A stretch of 64,000 bases of DNA from Centroscyllium fabricii. Lineage: Eukaryota. Under the pieces are notes generated by a model, which was not told where the DNA came from, did no database searches, and worked only from the letters and a program-made list of their open reading frames with translations. The stretch lies in assembly GCA_051313645.2 (NCBI GenBank), contig JBNRSN020000018.1:35154001-35218000 (forward strand). The letters run 5' to 3'. Shown piece by piece: positions 12,613 to 24,775 of this stretch. The stretch's first letter is position 1. Each line of letters starts with the position of its first letter. Both the position numbers and the translations under genes were made by a program.

Positions 12613-15464
12613 CTGCCGGAGGGGAGGAGGTAGAGAGCGGGACACACTTCTGCAATATGGGTGATGGGCAGTGTTGGAGGAAGCTGCTGGGAAGAATACT
12701 CCTCAGGCCTTATCTGCCATAAGTGTTAGATGCCTCAGTTATTTTTTTAAAACATCCTGTCACTTTATCACGTCAAGTGATGTGGACTGACCCCAATCTC
12801 TCTCTTTCCCCCCCCCTCCCCCTGCAAACCCCTGTCCCTCCTCATAAGACAAGTGGAGCCCACTTTCCAATGATGGTTTTTAAACTCTTGCCCCCCCGTA
12901 GGTTTGTCCTGACTCCAGTTTCGAGATGCAGGTTAGTCAGCCTTTGGAAGGGCCCATTTCCTGGCTCTCTCCATTCGGCTCCCCAACACCTGAAAGTCTC
13001 AAAATTTCTACCCAGTTTTTTTGCTATTGCGATTTGTGAGAGATATTAAAAAGGTCGTTTCTTTTTCTCTCACAAGCTAATTCCTTCCACTAACCCGGAG
13101 TTTTGGCAGGGCTGATTGTCTCAACTACACCGGCCTCTTATTTTTTAAATTCCTCCTTCAAATGCTGACAGCCCTGCAGTGTGTCCAGCATTTTCTGTTT
13201 TGATTCCAGGTTGTAGCATTTTTTTTAAAATTCCCTTTAATTATTTTTAAAAAAAAATGAAAATCCCTTTTGGCTGGGGGTTCTACTTCTCCTCCTTCCT
13301 CCCCCCCCCCCCTTCATCCTGGATCTACTTCTCTATTTCCCCCCCCCCCCCAATCCCATCCCATTTACATCTTCCTCACATCAAGAGCCAAAAACCCAGC
13401 AAGTGGTTGCCTTAAATGCTGTTTTAATCACCGCGAGTACTTTTCACGAAGGAGTCCGCTCCAATTCCACTGAATGTCAATCATGTGTTTGTTTCAGCCA
13501 TGCTGATTTCGATTCAATGTGCTGTCGTGTGTGTGTGTGTTTTTTATATAAAGCTACAATTGTTCATGTGTTAGAAAAAGGAAAGAAACATTCAGATGTT
13601 GCATTAATCTTACTGCCTTGGTTTAGGGTGCCCGTCGGCCTGTCCTAGCTAACCTGTCAGTAATTATAATGGAATGATATCGGGGCTTGGGTCATTGGGA
13701 GGGGGCCCGCATGCCTTTGGCTGATTGACCGAGCAGGTGATCTGGGGCAGACCCAGAAATTTATCCACTTTGTGCTGTGGGTAAAGGGGGATTTGTGGCA
13801 TTAGATGGTGAGTGGTGCCAGTTTCTGAGTGGCTACCAGTCACGTTCCACATCTGAACACTTGCCCTCGCCGATTGATGATCGATCTGAGTGAGTGGGGC
13901 GAATCTCACGGACTCGGTCGCTGATCTAAGCAGCTGTGATAACTGTGAAGGCAAATTCTGACTGCACCATTCAGAGTTTTGTGGGGTTTCCCTTTTCCTT
14001 ACATTGCCCAATCTTTCTCTTCTCTTTCTCCCCCCCCCCCCCCCCAAAAAACCCGATCGTGCCCCAATGTTCAGCTGCTCATGGAAAAACTTTGAGAAGT
14101 TGCTGAATAGTAATCCCAGGTTTGAATGCAGGAGCCTGAATCGGGGTCTGTTGAAGCGAGTGGGGGCTGCTGTGAGTGAAGAAATCCAGGAGAACCTGAA
14201 GACCAAGAAAAAGGGGAACAAATGATCTTGTTCGTCACTTTTTCCCCTCCCTTTATGATATATCTCTGTCCTGCTCAGGCCAAATTCGTCCTGTCCTCTC
14301 TGCCTGCTGAGGCCTGGCTCTATCCTCTCACCTTCACTCTCCAGCCCAATGCTGTCGCCCCTCTTCTCACTGACCCCGCCCTAGGCTTCTTGTTCTTCTT
14401 TCCTGAGGTGCTGTTACCCCTCTCTTCCCCTCCTTAGGCCAGTGTTTACCCCCACCCCACCTCAGGTTGGTGCTATGCTATGATTCGCATTGAAGTTGCC
14501 AACTTGTCTTTCCTTTTTGGGAATCTGCTCCATGTGGATTTTCGCCAGGTTCGTGTCTCATTCTCCCCATTTCCAACCCCCCCCACCAGTCAGTGGCAGT
14601 AAGTTTGTGTGTGCCTGGCTTTTAGTTTCAACTTTAACTCTTGTGGCTTGCTTTTGTTTTAATACTGTAATTGGCTGGGCTGCTCAGTTTCATCTGTGAA
14701 CAGTGCAGTGACTAAAAGTGCTCTAAATGCTGTGACTGGGAGCTGCCACCCTATGGGTCCCTCTATCATGAGATTTCCATGTGCAAATGGATGTTGCACA
14801 TTATCAAGTCTGTAGTAAATCTGGTCCATAATGGAGAGCTAGGAATTGCTGTCTTGATCTTTGGGTTTGAAACATCCACTTGTGTCTTTGATACAAGTGA
14901 GTAATCGGCCAATTATCGACAACTAGCAGCAATGTAGAGCTTAGAGTGTCTCATATAAGCAACTGGGCTGTTGCAGGAAATCTGATTGCAGCTAGTAAAT
15001 CCGTAGCAACTGTCACAACCCAAAGCCTACAAGGAAAGTGGTACATTTAACTCCTCTCCAGGAAGTGCTCACACAAGGGATCTGACCAGCTAACTGACCA
15101 GTTGCTGTGATAAAAGGAGCCTGTTGTGTATGTCGGGACTGTTGCCTGTGTACCTGCTGTTCTCTGGGTGAGTGTAGTGGTTGGGATTTGTTCCTGTTCT
15201 GCTCTTGTAGCAATTGGCATCCTCGAACGGAGGCCTGTTTTAATGAACCTTCAGAATTTTAAGCTCTTCTTGCCGAGAGTCAAACTGACAGTTTGCGAAA
15301 ATCTAAGCTGAGGCTTTACTGAAACCCATTTTAAAAATGATGGGATCAAAATAAAAGTGGGTCAGTCCTTTTTTAAAAAAATAATAATTTTTTTTTTCAA
15401 TTGTCTGGATTTGATTTTTAAATCATTGCAAGGTTTTTTTCCCCCCATCTTTTGTAAAATTGTT

Positions 15465-15470
15465 AATAAA
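15465..15470 (+). terminator. Candidate KLHDC10 polyadenylation signal (alternatives near 15350 and 15590)
   Basis: AATAAA after an AT-rich tract and followed by GT/T-rich sequence; implies a ~2.9 kb 3' UTR. No transcript evidence. Confidence 0.45.
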
Positions 15471-15696
15471 AGCATGATTGAATCTGTTGAATTGCTCATC
15501 TTGTGTTCATGGCCAGCCTCAAAGTACTGTGGTCCCTGAATGGCTACAGTGCAGCTGGTGGCCTCTGTATTTCTAGAGTTCAGCCACTCAATAAATGTGA
15601 TTGTCCCCTCCCAAGATGTGGACACCTTCCCAGAGATATTTTTCCTGGTCTGAGGGACCCTCCTGCCTCAGTGGCCGTCTTTAGTGTGGCAGTAAG

Positions 15697-18600
15697 TGAT
15701 GTGCCATCAATAACTCCCAAAAGTCTAAGAGTTAAACTTATAACAAGTAGGCTTTTATTAACAAAAGAATACGAGCATGCCTCTGCTGGTAGACTGATCC
15801 TTAAAGCGATGGAGACTGGAGGTCAATCACCTTTATACCTGGGTTTAGGGCTGGAGCCAGGGGCGGAGCCAGCTGAGGCATGCCCAGACATGTTCTGTAC
15901 AGGCAGATTAGTGGTTTACCACATTCACCCCTGGTTTAAAATGAGTCCAGCGGGGTGAAGTGTCTCAGAAGTTCGTATAGGCAAGTCTCTCCGGGGGTCT
16001 TGTCCGCCGTAGTGACGGTCGTGTTGCCAGCTGTGGCGGTTCTTTTCCCGCGTGGGCTGGAGCACCAGTGTGTTGTCTTCGTGGGTGCGGGGTCGGTGGG
16101 TGTATAAGGGTGGGTCACAGGGCCCTGGCGTGCCGTCTACTTGGGTTCGGTGTGGATTCCCTTCTAGGGGTGTGTTGTGGGTAATGGTAATGGTGTTTTC
16201 GGTGGCACTTGAGGGTGCAAGGTCTCTTATGGAGACAGTGTCCTCCCACCCATCAGGATACGCCACGTATGCATATTGTGGATTGGCGTGGAGGAGGTGG
16301 ACCCTTTCGACCAGGGGGTCTGTTTTATGGCTCATGAGCTTCCTGAGCAAGACGGGCCCTGGAGACGTCGGGCATGGCGGTAGCGATGTCCCCGAGGTGG
16401 ATTTCCTAGGGAAGACGAACATTTTCTCGTGAGGGGTGGCTATTGTGGCGGTACAGAGTAGTGACCGTATGGAGTGAAGCACATCGGGGTGTACTTCTTG
16501 CCAGCGGGAGGTTGGGAGGCCTCTGGACTTTAAGGCTAGCATAGCGGTTTTCCACACTGTCGCGTTCTCCCTTTCTACTTGTCCGTTACCCTGGGGGTCC
16601 TGCTCGTGGCTACCCCTTTTTCGAGCAGGTACTGGCGCAGCTCGTCGCTCATGAACGACGAGTCCCTGTCGCTATGGATGAAGCTGGGAAAACCGAATAT
16701 GGCGGAGGTCATTGAGACATTTGATGACTGTTGCGCTGGTCATGGCCGGGCTGGGGATAGCGAACGGGAAACTGGAGTACTCGTTAATGATGTTGAGGAA
16801 GTACGTGTTGCGGTCAGAGGAGGGGAGGGGCCCTTTAAAATCTACGCTTCGGCACTCGAGGGGGCGGGCGGCTTTTATCAGGTGCGCCCTGTCTGGCCTA
16901 TAAAAGTGCAGTTTGCATTCGGCACAGACTTGGCAGTTCCTGGTCATGGTCCTGACCTCCTCGATGGAGTATGGCAGGTTGTGGGCCTTAATGAAGTGGA
17001 AAAACCTGGTGACCCCCAGGTGGCAGAGATCGTTGTGGAGGGCCTGTAGCCTATCGACCTGTGCGTTGGCACATGTTCCACGGGATAGGGCGTCCGGGGG
17101 CTCATTAAGTTTCCCGGGCTGGTATAAGATATCGTAATTGTAGGTGGATAATTTGATCCTCCACCGCAATATCTTGTCGTTTTTGATTTTGCCCCTCTGC
17201 TTGTTATTGAACATAAATGCTACTGATCGTTGGTCAGTGAGCAGGTGAAGCGTTTACCGGCCAGGTAATGCCTCCAATGCCGTACAGCCTCCACTATAGC
17301 CCAGGCCTCCTTTTCGACTGAAGAGTGTCTAATTTCGGGACCCTGGAGGGCTCGTGAAAAGGCGGCCACGGGTCTCCCCGCCTGGTTATGGGTTGCGGCC
17401 AGGGCAAAGTCGGATGCATCGCTCTCCACTTGGAAAGGGATGGACTCGTCCACGGTGTGCATTGTAGCCTTTGCAATGTCCTCTTTTATACGGGTGAAGG
17501 CTGTATGGGCCTCTGCCGCCAGGGGGAAGGAGGTTGCCTTGATAAGGGGCCAGGCTTTGTCCGCGTAATTGGGCACCCATTGGGCGTAATAAGAGAAAAG
17601 CCCCAGACATCTCTTCAGGGCTTTGAGGCAGTGGTAGTTCCAGAAGGGGGCGCATTCGGTCGGGGCCGATGACTCCGTTTTCCACTACACAGCCAAGGAT
17701 AGCGAGGCGGGTGGTGCGAAACATACTTTTCTTTGTTGTATGTCAAATTTACGCGCTGGGCTGTTCGGAGGAATTTTTCTAGATTGGCGTCATGGTCCTG
17801 CTGGTCATGGCTGCAGATGGTGACATTGTCCAGGTAGGGAAAAGTGGCCTGTAGCGCGTTCTGGTCAACCATCCGGTCCATCTCCCTTTGGAAGACTGAA
17901 ACCCCATTGGTGACGCCGAAGGGGACTTTGAAGAAGCGGCCGTTTGCCTCAAAGGCAGTGTACTGGCGGTCTTCAGGTCAATGGTAGAGAATACCTGGTA
18001 CTGTGCAATCTGATTGACCATATCAGATATGCGGGGAAGGGGGTATGCGTCTAATTGGGTATACCTATTGATTGTTTGACTGTAGTCAATGACCAGGCGC
18101 TGTTTCTCGGCGGTCTTAGCGACCACTATTTGGACGTCGAAGCTGGTGGCCCGCACCGCTCACGCGTGGCTGGTGATGTCCAAGATGCTGGCCCGCACGG
18201 CTCACACGCGGCTGGTGGTGTCCAAGATGACGACCTGCATGGCTCACACGTAGTGCTGCTGGAGTTAGGGGTCGGTTTCGCCCTGCACACTTTGGCATAG
18301 TGTCCCTTCTTTCTGCATTTGGAGCAGATCGTGTCCTTCGCCGGGCAGTATTGTCTGAGGTGCTTGGCCTGGCTGCAGAAATAGCACTTTGGGCCGCTGG
18401 ACATCGCAGCTGTAGTTGGGCTGCTGGCGGGCCGTGGTGGCAGCCTGTGGCCTTACCGTGTCCCAAGATGGCGGCTCCTGCGATATCCACGGGGCGGAGA
18501 GGGCCGCATGGTCAGGGGAGTAGGCGTCCATGTTTCGGAGGACTACGTCCAGCGAGTTAGCAAGGGCCACAGCCTTCTGCAGGTCGAGCCCACTTTGCTC

Positions 18601-19279
18601 TAGCAGTCTCTGCTGAGTGTAGCTGGACCGGATGCCAGCGACGTAGGCGTCTGATTAGGTCATCAGTATTTTCCGTGGCCGTCACTGATTTGCACTTGCA
18701 GGCCTGGCCGAAGACTGTGCCCGTAGGTATTAGTCACCCGATTCCCTGGGTTGCTGTTTGCGGGTAGCCAGGCGGTGTCTAGCGTAGACCTCGTTGACTG
18801 GCTTAGTATATTCTTTTAGTATCGCAATAGCGTCCGTGTAGGATGCAGCGTCTTGGATAATTAAATATACTTGGTGGCTCACCCGTGAGTTCAGTACTAG
18901 CAGTTTGTCGGCTTCGGTCCTGATGGTAGTGCTGGAGGCCTGCAGGAATGCTTCAAAGCAGTTCAGCCAGTGCTCGAAGTTATTTGATGCATCTGCTGTT
19001 TGAGGGTCCTGTTCCAGGCGTTCCGGTTTCAGGATTTGCTCCATTTCAAAACTTTTTGTTCATAAAATTGATGTCATCAATAACTCCCAAAAGACAAAGT
19101 TAAACTTATAACAAGTAGGCTTTTATTAACAAAAGAATATGAGCATGCCTCTGCTGGTAGACCGATCCTTAAAGCCAGGGGGACTGGAGGTCAATCGCCT
19201 TTATACCTGGGCTTAGGGGTGGAGCCAGCTGAGGCATGCCCGGACATGTTCTGTACAGGCAGATTAGTGTTTTACCACA
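15697..19279 (-). mobile_element. Ty3/Gypsy LTR retrotransposon (Mag-like), degenerate, protease region deleted
   Basis: LTRs 19069-19279 (5') and 15697-15923 (3'), TG...CA ends, GTAAG TSD at 15692-15696 and 19280-19284. Gag start MEQILKPERL at 19044, two CCHC knuckles, RT (RLVIDYSQTIN, YLDNV), RNase H (ESDASDFAL, SSVEKEA), integrase (HHCC, VDFKGP, GPY-like end); frameshifts and stops throughout. Confidence 0.95.
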
Positions 19280-19547
19280 GTAAGCATTTCCGTTACAAAG
19301 CCACCCCTGGTCAGACTGCTCCAGTACTTGTGCGATGGGCACAAGTGTGCGCTTCCAGCAGTAGTCAGCAATCTGGAGCCGGAATGCTATGTTATGCTCG
19401 TGTGCTGAAGGTGAAAGTTATTCCTTTAGTGTACTTGTGTGTTGTATGCCTAAATATGACACCCACTTACACACTGGAACTGAGGTAGGAGGATATGTTA
19501 AATGAGTTGGTGGTGCAGTGGTTAGCACTGCTGCCTCGTACATCTGT

Positions 19548-19735
19548 AGAGAGCAGGTTGAGCAACATCTGTAGAGAGAAACTGAGTTCCGGTTGATGTT
19601 CTAATGAATGGGCATTGAGCTGAACCATTAACTCGTTCTCTCTCCACAGCTACTGCCTGACCAGCTGAGTGTTTTCCAGCATTTTCTGGTTCTAGTTTAG
19701 ATTTCCAGCATCCACAGCATTTTGCTTTTATTTCC
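19548..19735. mobile_element. Degenerate copy of the palindromic Penelope-like repeat
   Basis: ctctctccacag...ctgcctgacc.gctgagt.ttttccagcattttctg motif preceded by a short inverted arm. Confidence 0.5.
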
Positions 19736-21472
19736 CAGTATGCTGGGTTTTGAACCTGCCTAATGGGAAATGTAATTCACATTGTACAGAAATCTATGCA
19801 AAGTATAAAGGCTCTGGCTGAAACAGTGCAGTGGTTGCAGTGAAAAAACCAGTCTGGATCCACCACAGCTCAACCAAGCCAATGCCAATGTTATTGGAAA
19901 GGTGGTTAAGATTGATAGGAGCAAACCCATGAATTGATGGTGACAGGTGACCTATCTAACACTTCAACACTCCTTCAGTGACTGGGGCACTGAAGTTCTC
20001 AGTGATTGGTGCTCACTGTGCTCACTGTTCCTTTTGAATAGTTGTTTCTATAGATTATTTTTGAATTGTGAAAGAAAAATCCAGCTTCACGGGACACTGA
20101 TGGTGATAAATTGCTTATGTTGGCTGCATATTAATCCAGAACATGTCAGTTAGTTTAAAACTCAGCCAACTTTATCAGTCATCATCTATGCATTGTGCCA
20201 TCTGCTATCTTTCAGTCCTGAATAAGGCAACTGTGACCATTATTGGATTCTAAAGGAGCCAACAGTCCTGTGGCACAGAAAAGGATAGCTGCCTGGGTAT
20301 TTAAGAAGCATATGCATGCCAAATGTGAGCACAATGCAAAATTAGCCTAATTTTCCTTTGTATAGGATGAAGTGGATAGTTTCACACAAGCACAAGTTTT
20401 GCAGAGGGTTTTACTTATATATGAAAAAACTCAACATAGGAAAAGAGCATTTAATCTTCAGATGTATTCGTTGTCCTGGATCAAATCCCAAGCATGGTGA
20501 CCCTACTGCTAGATCAGATAACCTGTCCCTTAAATGTCAGTTTGACAACTGTGTAATGAACCTCTAATAATGCAGAAGATTCACTTCCCTCTCCTCTCCC
20601 ACCCCCCTCTCCCCTCAAAGGGGTTGGCTCTGTTTGAGAAGGTTCCATAGGCACCCTCTGGAACTTTACCCAAGTGTCCATTATTTACATACATCATTGA
20701 TTCTGCCAGCACCAGAGGAGGCCCTTGTGCCTGCTCTTTGAAAGCTATCCAATTAGCCCCACTCCCCAGCTCTTTCTCCAGAGAGAGATCTGCAATTTTC
20801 TCCAAGTATTTATCCAATTGCCTTTTGGAAGTTAGTATTGCATCTGCATCCATAGCATTATAGCTCATGTAAAAAAGGATTCTCCTCTCTGCCTCTTGCC
20901 ATTGATCTAGGCTTGTATTCTCTGGCATATAGACAGCGAAGGGGTGATTTGGTTGAGGCTTTTACGATTTTCAAAGGAATTGATAGGGTCGGTAAACTTG
21001 CGCCTGCTTTTGGGAATCTAGGACAAGGGCACATAACCTGAACAGATCAGCTGTGATCTCATTGAATGACGTAGCCTATTCGATGTACCTTAAACATGTG
21101 TTCTGGCCTCCTGCCAGTGGAAACCCTGTTAAGGCAGAGAGTCAACTGACAAAAATCAAAACAGATCAATAGATTTTGATTAGGCAATTAAAGGGATATG
21201 GAACCACAGTAGGTAGAGGGAGTGATGGTACTATTCTTACTTTAATGGCAGAACAGGCTTGCACAGCTGAATAGCCAGCTCTAGATAACAAGAATGTATA
21301 AACGAAAGCACGGTAAAGAACAAACAGTTTTAACTCCTCTCTCTTCAACTCCGCATCATAAAAGTAGGAACAACTTGCAACCCATCCTCTATCACTTAGC
21401 CTTTACCACCATAACCCCTTCCCTACATTTCCATTAGAGAAACTCTTATTACAAACCATCTATACTATAGTA

Positions 21473-21811
21473 CAGGTTTAGCACTGGTAATCCGGCACAG
21501 TCTGGACCAGGCTGGCGCCGGACCACTGGAAATTCCGAACCACAAGGTATGGGGGGAGCGCGCGGGTAGAACACTCACCGGGGCCCGGAGCGCGAGGGTA
21601 GAACACTCCCCGGGAGGGAGCCTGGGGATGGAACACTTACAAGCCTTAAAAAAGCAGCAACCCAAATGCCTTCGGTGCTCGCCCACCCTTCGTGGGAAAC
21701 GGCAGCGCTGCCACGCAGCTGCTCCACAAACTGAAGACCGCCGGTTTCAATTTGTGCCAGACCACTGAAGGTGCCAGACCATCGGGTGCCAGATTACCAG
21801 TGCTCAACCTG
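21473..21811. mobile_element. Tc1/mariner-superfamily (Tigger/pogo-like) MITE
   Basis: 26-bp TIRs CAGGTT(T/G)AGCACTGGTAATC(C/T)GGCAC (24/26 match), TA on both sides, no ORF. Confidence 0.85.
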
Positions 21812-22095
21812 TAAGCCAAACCCCTTGGGCTGGGTAGTTACTTGTAAATAGGGTATGAAATGCACAAACAGGCAGTAATCCCAAATTTATCAATCGGTTT
21901 TGATTGACCAGGAGTCAGGCACAGGATACAACTAGTCACTTTAACAACCTATGCTCCTTCACTCACAGCTCCACCTCCCCTTAGGAGTATGAGTGGTGAA
22001 TTTACTTTAATATGGTGTAACAATGCACTTCAATTAACAAACATAAAAGCAGGAGTAGGCCATTCGGCCCCTCAAGCCTGTTCCACTTTAATGAG

Positions 22096-22468
22096 ATAGA
22101 AACTAGGAGCAGGAGTAGGCCATTCGGCCCTTCGTGCCTGCTCCGCCATTCAATGAGATCATGGCTGATCATCCAAACCCAGTACCCCGCCCCTGCCCCC
22201 TCCCCATATCACTCGAGCCTGCATCGACATATCCCACCCTATCCCCGCAACCCCACACATTCAATCCCCCTAACACTAAGGGTCAATTTATCATGGCCAA
22301 TCAACCTAACCCGCACATCTTTGGACTGTGGGAGGAAACCGGAGCACCCAGAGGAAACCCACGCAGACACGGGGAGAATGTGCAAACTCCACACAGATAG
22401 TACCTGAGGCTGGATTTGAACCCGGGTCTCCAGTGCTATGAGACAACAGTGCTAGCCACCGTGCCACC
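22096..22468 (-). mobile_element. HE1-like V-SINE inserted into an older homologous tail
   Basis: Reverse complement of the family; tail-like sequence continues on both sides (22040-22095, 22470-22530). Confidence 0.88.
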
Positions 22469-22592
22469 TTTGGTTGATCATCCAAATTCAGAACCCTGTC
22501 CCCGCTTCCTCCCCATATCCCTTTAGCCTCAGGAATAAAAGTAATTAATAGAATAATTAAAAGCAGTAACTCCCCACAACAGCACCATTCAT

Positions 22593-22801
22593 GTAATGAA
22601 ACATCAAGATGCTTGGGAAGGGGGGGGGGGGGGGGGTAATGAAACATCAAGATGCTTGGGAAGGGGGGGGGGGAGTAATGAAACATCAAGATGCTTGGCT
22701 TGGGACGGGGGGGTGTAATGAAACATGATGCTTGGCTTGGGGGGGGGGGGGGGGGGGAGTAATGAAACATCAAGATGCTTGGCTGGGGGGGGGGGGGGGG
22801 G
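22593..22801. repeat. G-rich minisatellite, 5 units
   Basis: gtaatgaaacatcaagatgcttgg followed by a variable G run. Confidence 0.85.
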
Positions 22802-22959
22802 AAGGAGGAAGAGAGAAGAGAGAGAGGAAGAAAACAATGGAAGCCAAAATGGATGGGTGAAGTAGCTGGTGTAACGGAAGGAGTTGGAAGCAGCTTGACT
22901 GCACTCTGGGATGTTGAAGATCAAGTTGGCGTCTTGTACTTCATTGAGAACCAGATCCA

Positions 22960-23280
22960 ATGAAATGCTGAAACTACTCAGCAAGTTATGCAGCATCTGG
23001 TGAGTTAACGTTTCAGGTCAGTAACCTTTCAGCAGCACTGGAAAATGTTGATGTACCAGGTTTTAAGCAAGTAGAGGCAGGAAACAGGGGTAGGGAGAAC
23101 CCAAAATCCCCTCCTCCCCCCACCGTGCCTCTACTTGCTTAAAACCTGGTACATCAACATTTTCCAGTTCTGATGAAAGTTCATGGACCTGAAACATCAA
23201 ATCTTTCAGATGCTGCCTGAATATTTCCAGCATTTTTTTTTTTTGATTTCCAACATCCACACTACAGTATTTTGCTTTTG
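22960..23280. mobile_element. Palindromic Penelope-like end repeat, degenerate hammerhead cores
   Basis: Same family as 59440-59725; perfect 43-bp inverted core 23037-23079 / 23126-23168. Confidence 0.65.
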
Positions 23281-24775
23281 TAATAGAACCTGGCTACAAT
23301 TTGTTAGGCTTGAAATGAAAGCAGCAGCTACATTTCTGTGGACCCAGGTTTGCTCAAGTCAGAGTCTGAATGGTACACCAATGGTGCTTATACGTGGTTG
23401 AAAAGTATTTGCAGTTCTAGTGTCCAGAATCACAGACCTTTTAAAACAGGAGGCATACAGCAGTGTTCAGTTCATGCAGCAAGTCCCCAAACCGGAGAGC
23501 AGGCCAGTTGCAGTTTCTGTTGCCACTCTGCTGATGTAATGGGTAAGAGTGGGTGTTGCTACAATTGGCCTTAACAGCCCTGTTAGGAAACAAAACAGCC
23601 ATTCACAGCTATTGCACGAGCCCATGGTCAACACACAGATCATGTTGAACTTCAGTGGGCTCCTACAGCCAAAATGACCTGCCAAAACTCAGTTTCACTC
23701 AGATTTTATAGGGAATAAAATGTACCGACATGAATAGCTGCTGGGAGAAGAATTTTAAAAACCATTATAGCAACTCCAAATTATGACCTTACTCTTTGTC
23801 TGACATCCAACAATTGTGACAAATGGAGAACAATTTGAAACAGCAATCCTTACCTTGTTGTAGATGCAAATGGAAAGCGAGCTCTTGGGCAGAGCCCCAA
23901 GGTAGGGATTTCTACACATTTCCAAAATTCAGTGATGGGAGTGGCAACCCTCTCCTGGAATACTACGCTAATCTATCCTCACACTGCACATCAACTATGC
24001 ACTTGTACAAATCGCTCTGCTGGACATAAGTTCAGAAACACTAAATTGCTGTCAAATGTTGTTTGCCTGGCTCTCAGACCTATGCTTAGCAAGGGGCCAG
24101 TGTGTAAAATAAAATTGCACAGGAACAAATTGGAGTTGGGTGTGCATGTTGAATTTTCCTAAATTCTCTGCCTTGAAGAGTTGATGTTGGAGAGGAATGA
24201 GATTGCCATGTTGTTTGTTTTCTAGATTTGCAGATGTCTAGCCTTGTGTTTCAATTCAAGTCTATAATAAAAGCTGTTAAAACAGACAGCAGAAAGTGTA
24301 TGCACTACATTTAAAACAAAATTGAGTTATTCAGGATCATGAAGGTGACTAAGTCATTCCCTGAGCAATAAATGGAACCTGGCCACAAACTTCAGTATTC
24401 CCAAATTAACAAGAAGTTGAACTCTTTTGCACATTTCCTCCCCTGAAACTTTAGTCCGTCAGGGTTCAGGTCTGTGGGCACCAGGTGCTCTCCAATACCT
24501 CACCCAACAATGGCCATCTTTCATGTGAACCTGGATGCTTGACTTTTTGCTGGCTATATGGTCTTCAGTTATCAGAAAGGATCGGAGAGGGAATTTGATC
24601 AAGATGCCAGGCTGATTTTTCCCCAACTCAGATAGAATTGGGGAGGAGGGAAGTAGGGGAAGGAGATCACCAAGTCATTACCCTAGCTTATACATTGTAG
24701 ACTAAAGAATAACCTCCTACAACCTGCCAAGAACTCTGCATTCCTCCAACTCTGGCCTCGTGCACTTCCTCCCCT

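Noticed and set aside
13664-14225. 185-aa and 73-aa ORFs in the KLHDC10 3' region
   Set aside because: No recognisable domain, include homopolymer runs and decayed repeat-like sequence; likely UTR.
22593-22801. Repeat-spacer pattern resembling a CRISPR array (also 7728-7945)
   Set aside because: Spacers are G homopolymers or repeat parts, not unique sequence; no cas genes; vertebrate context.
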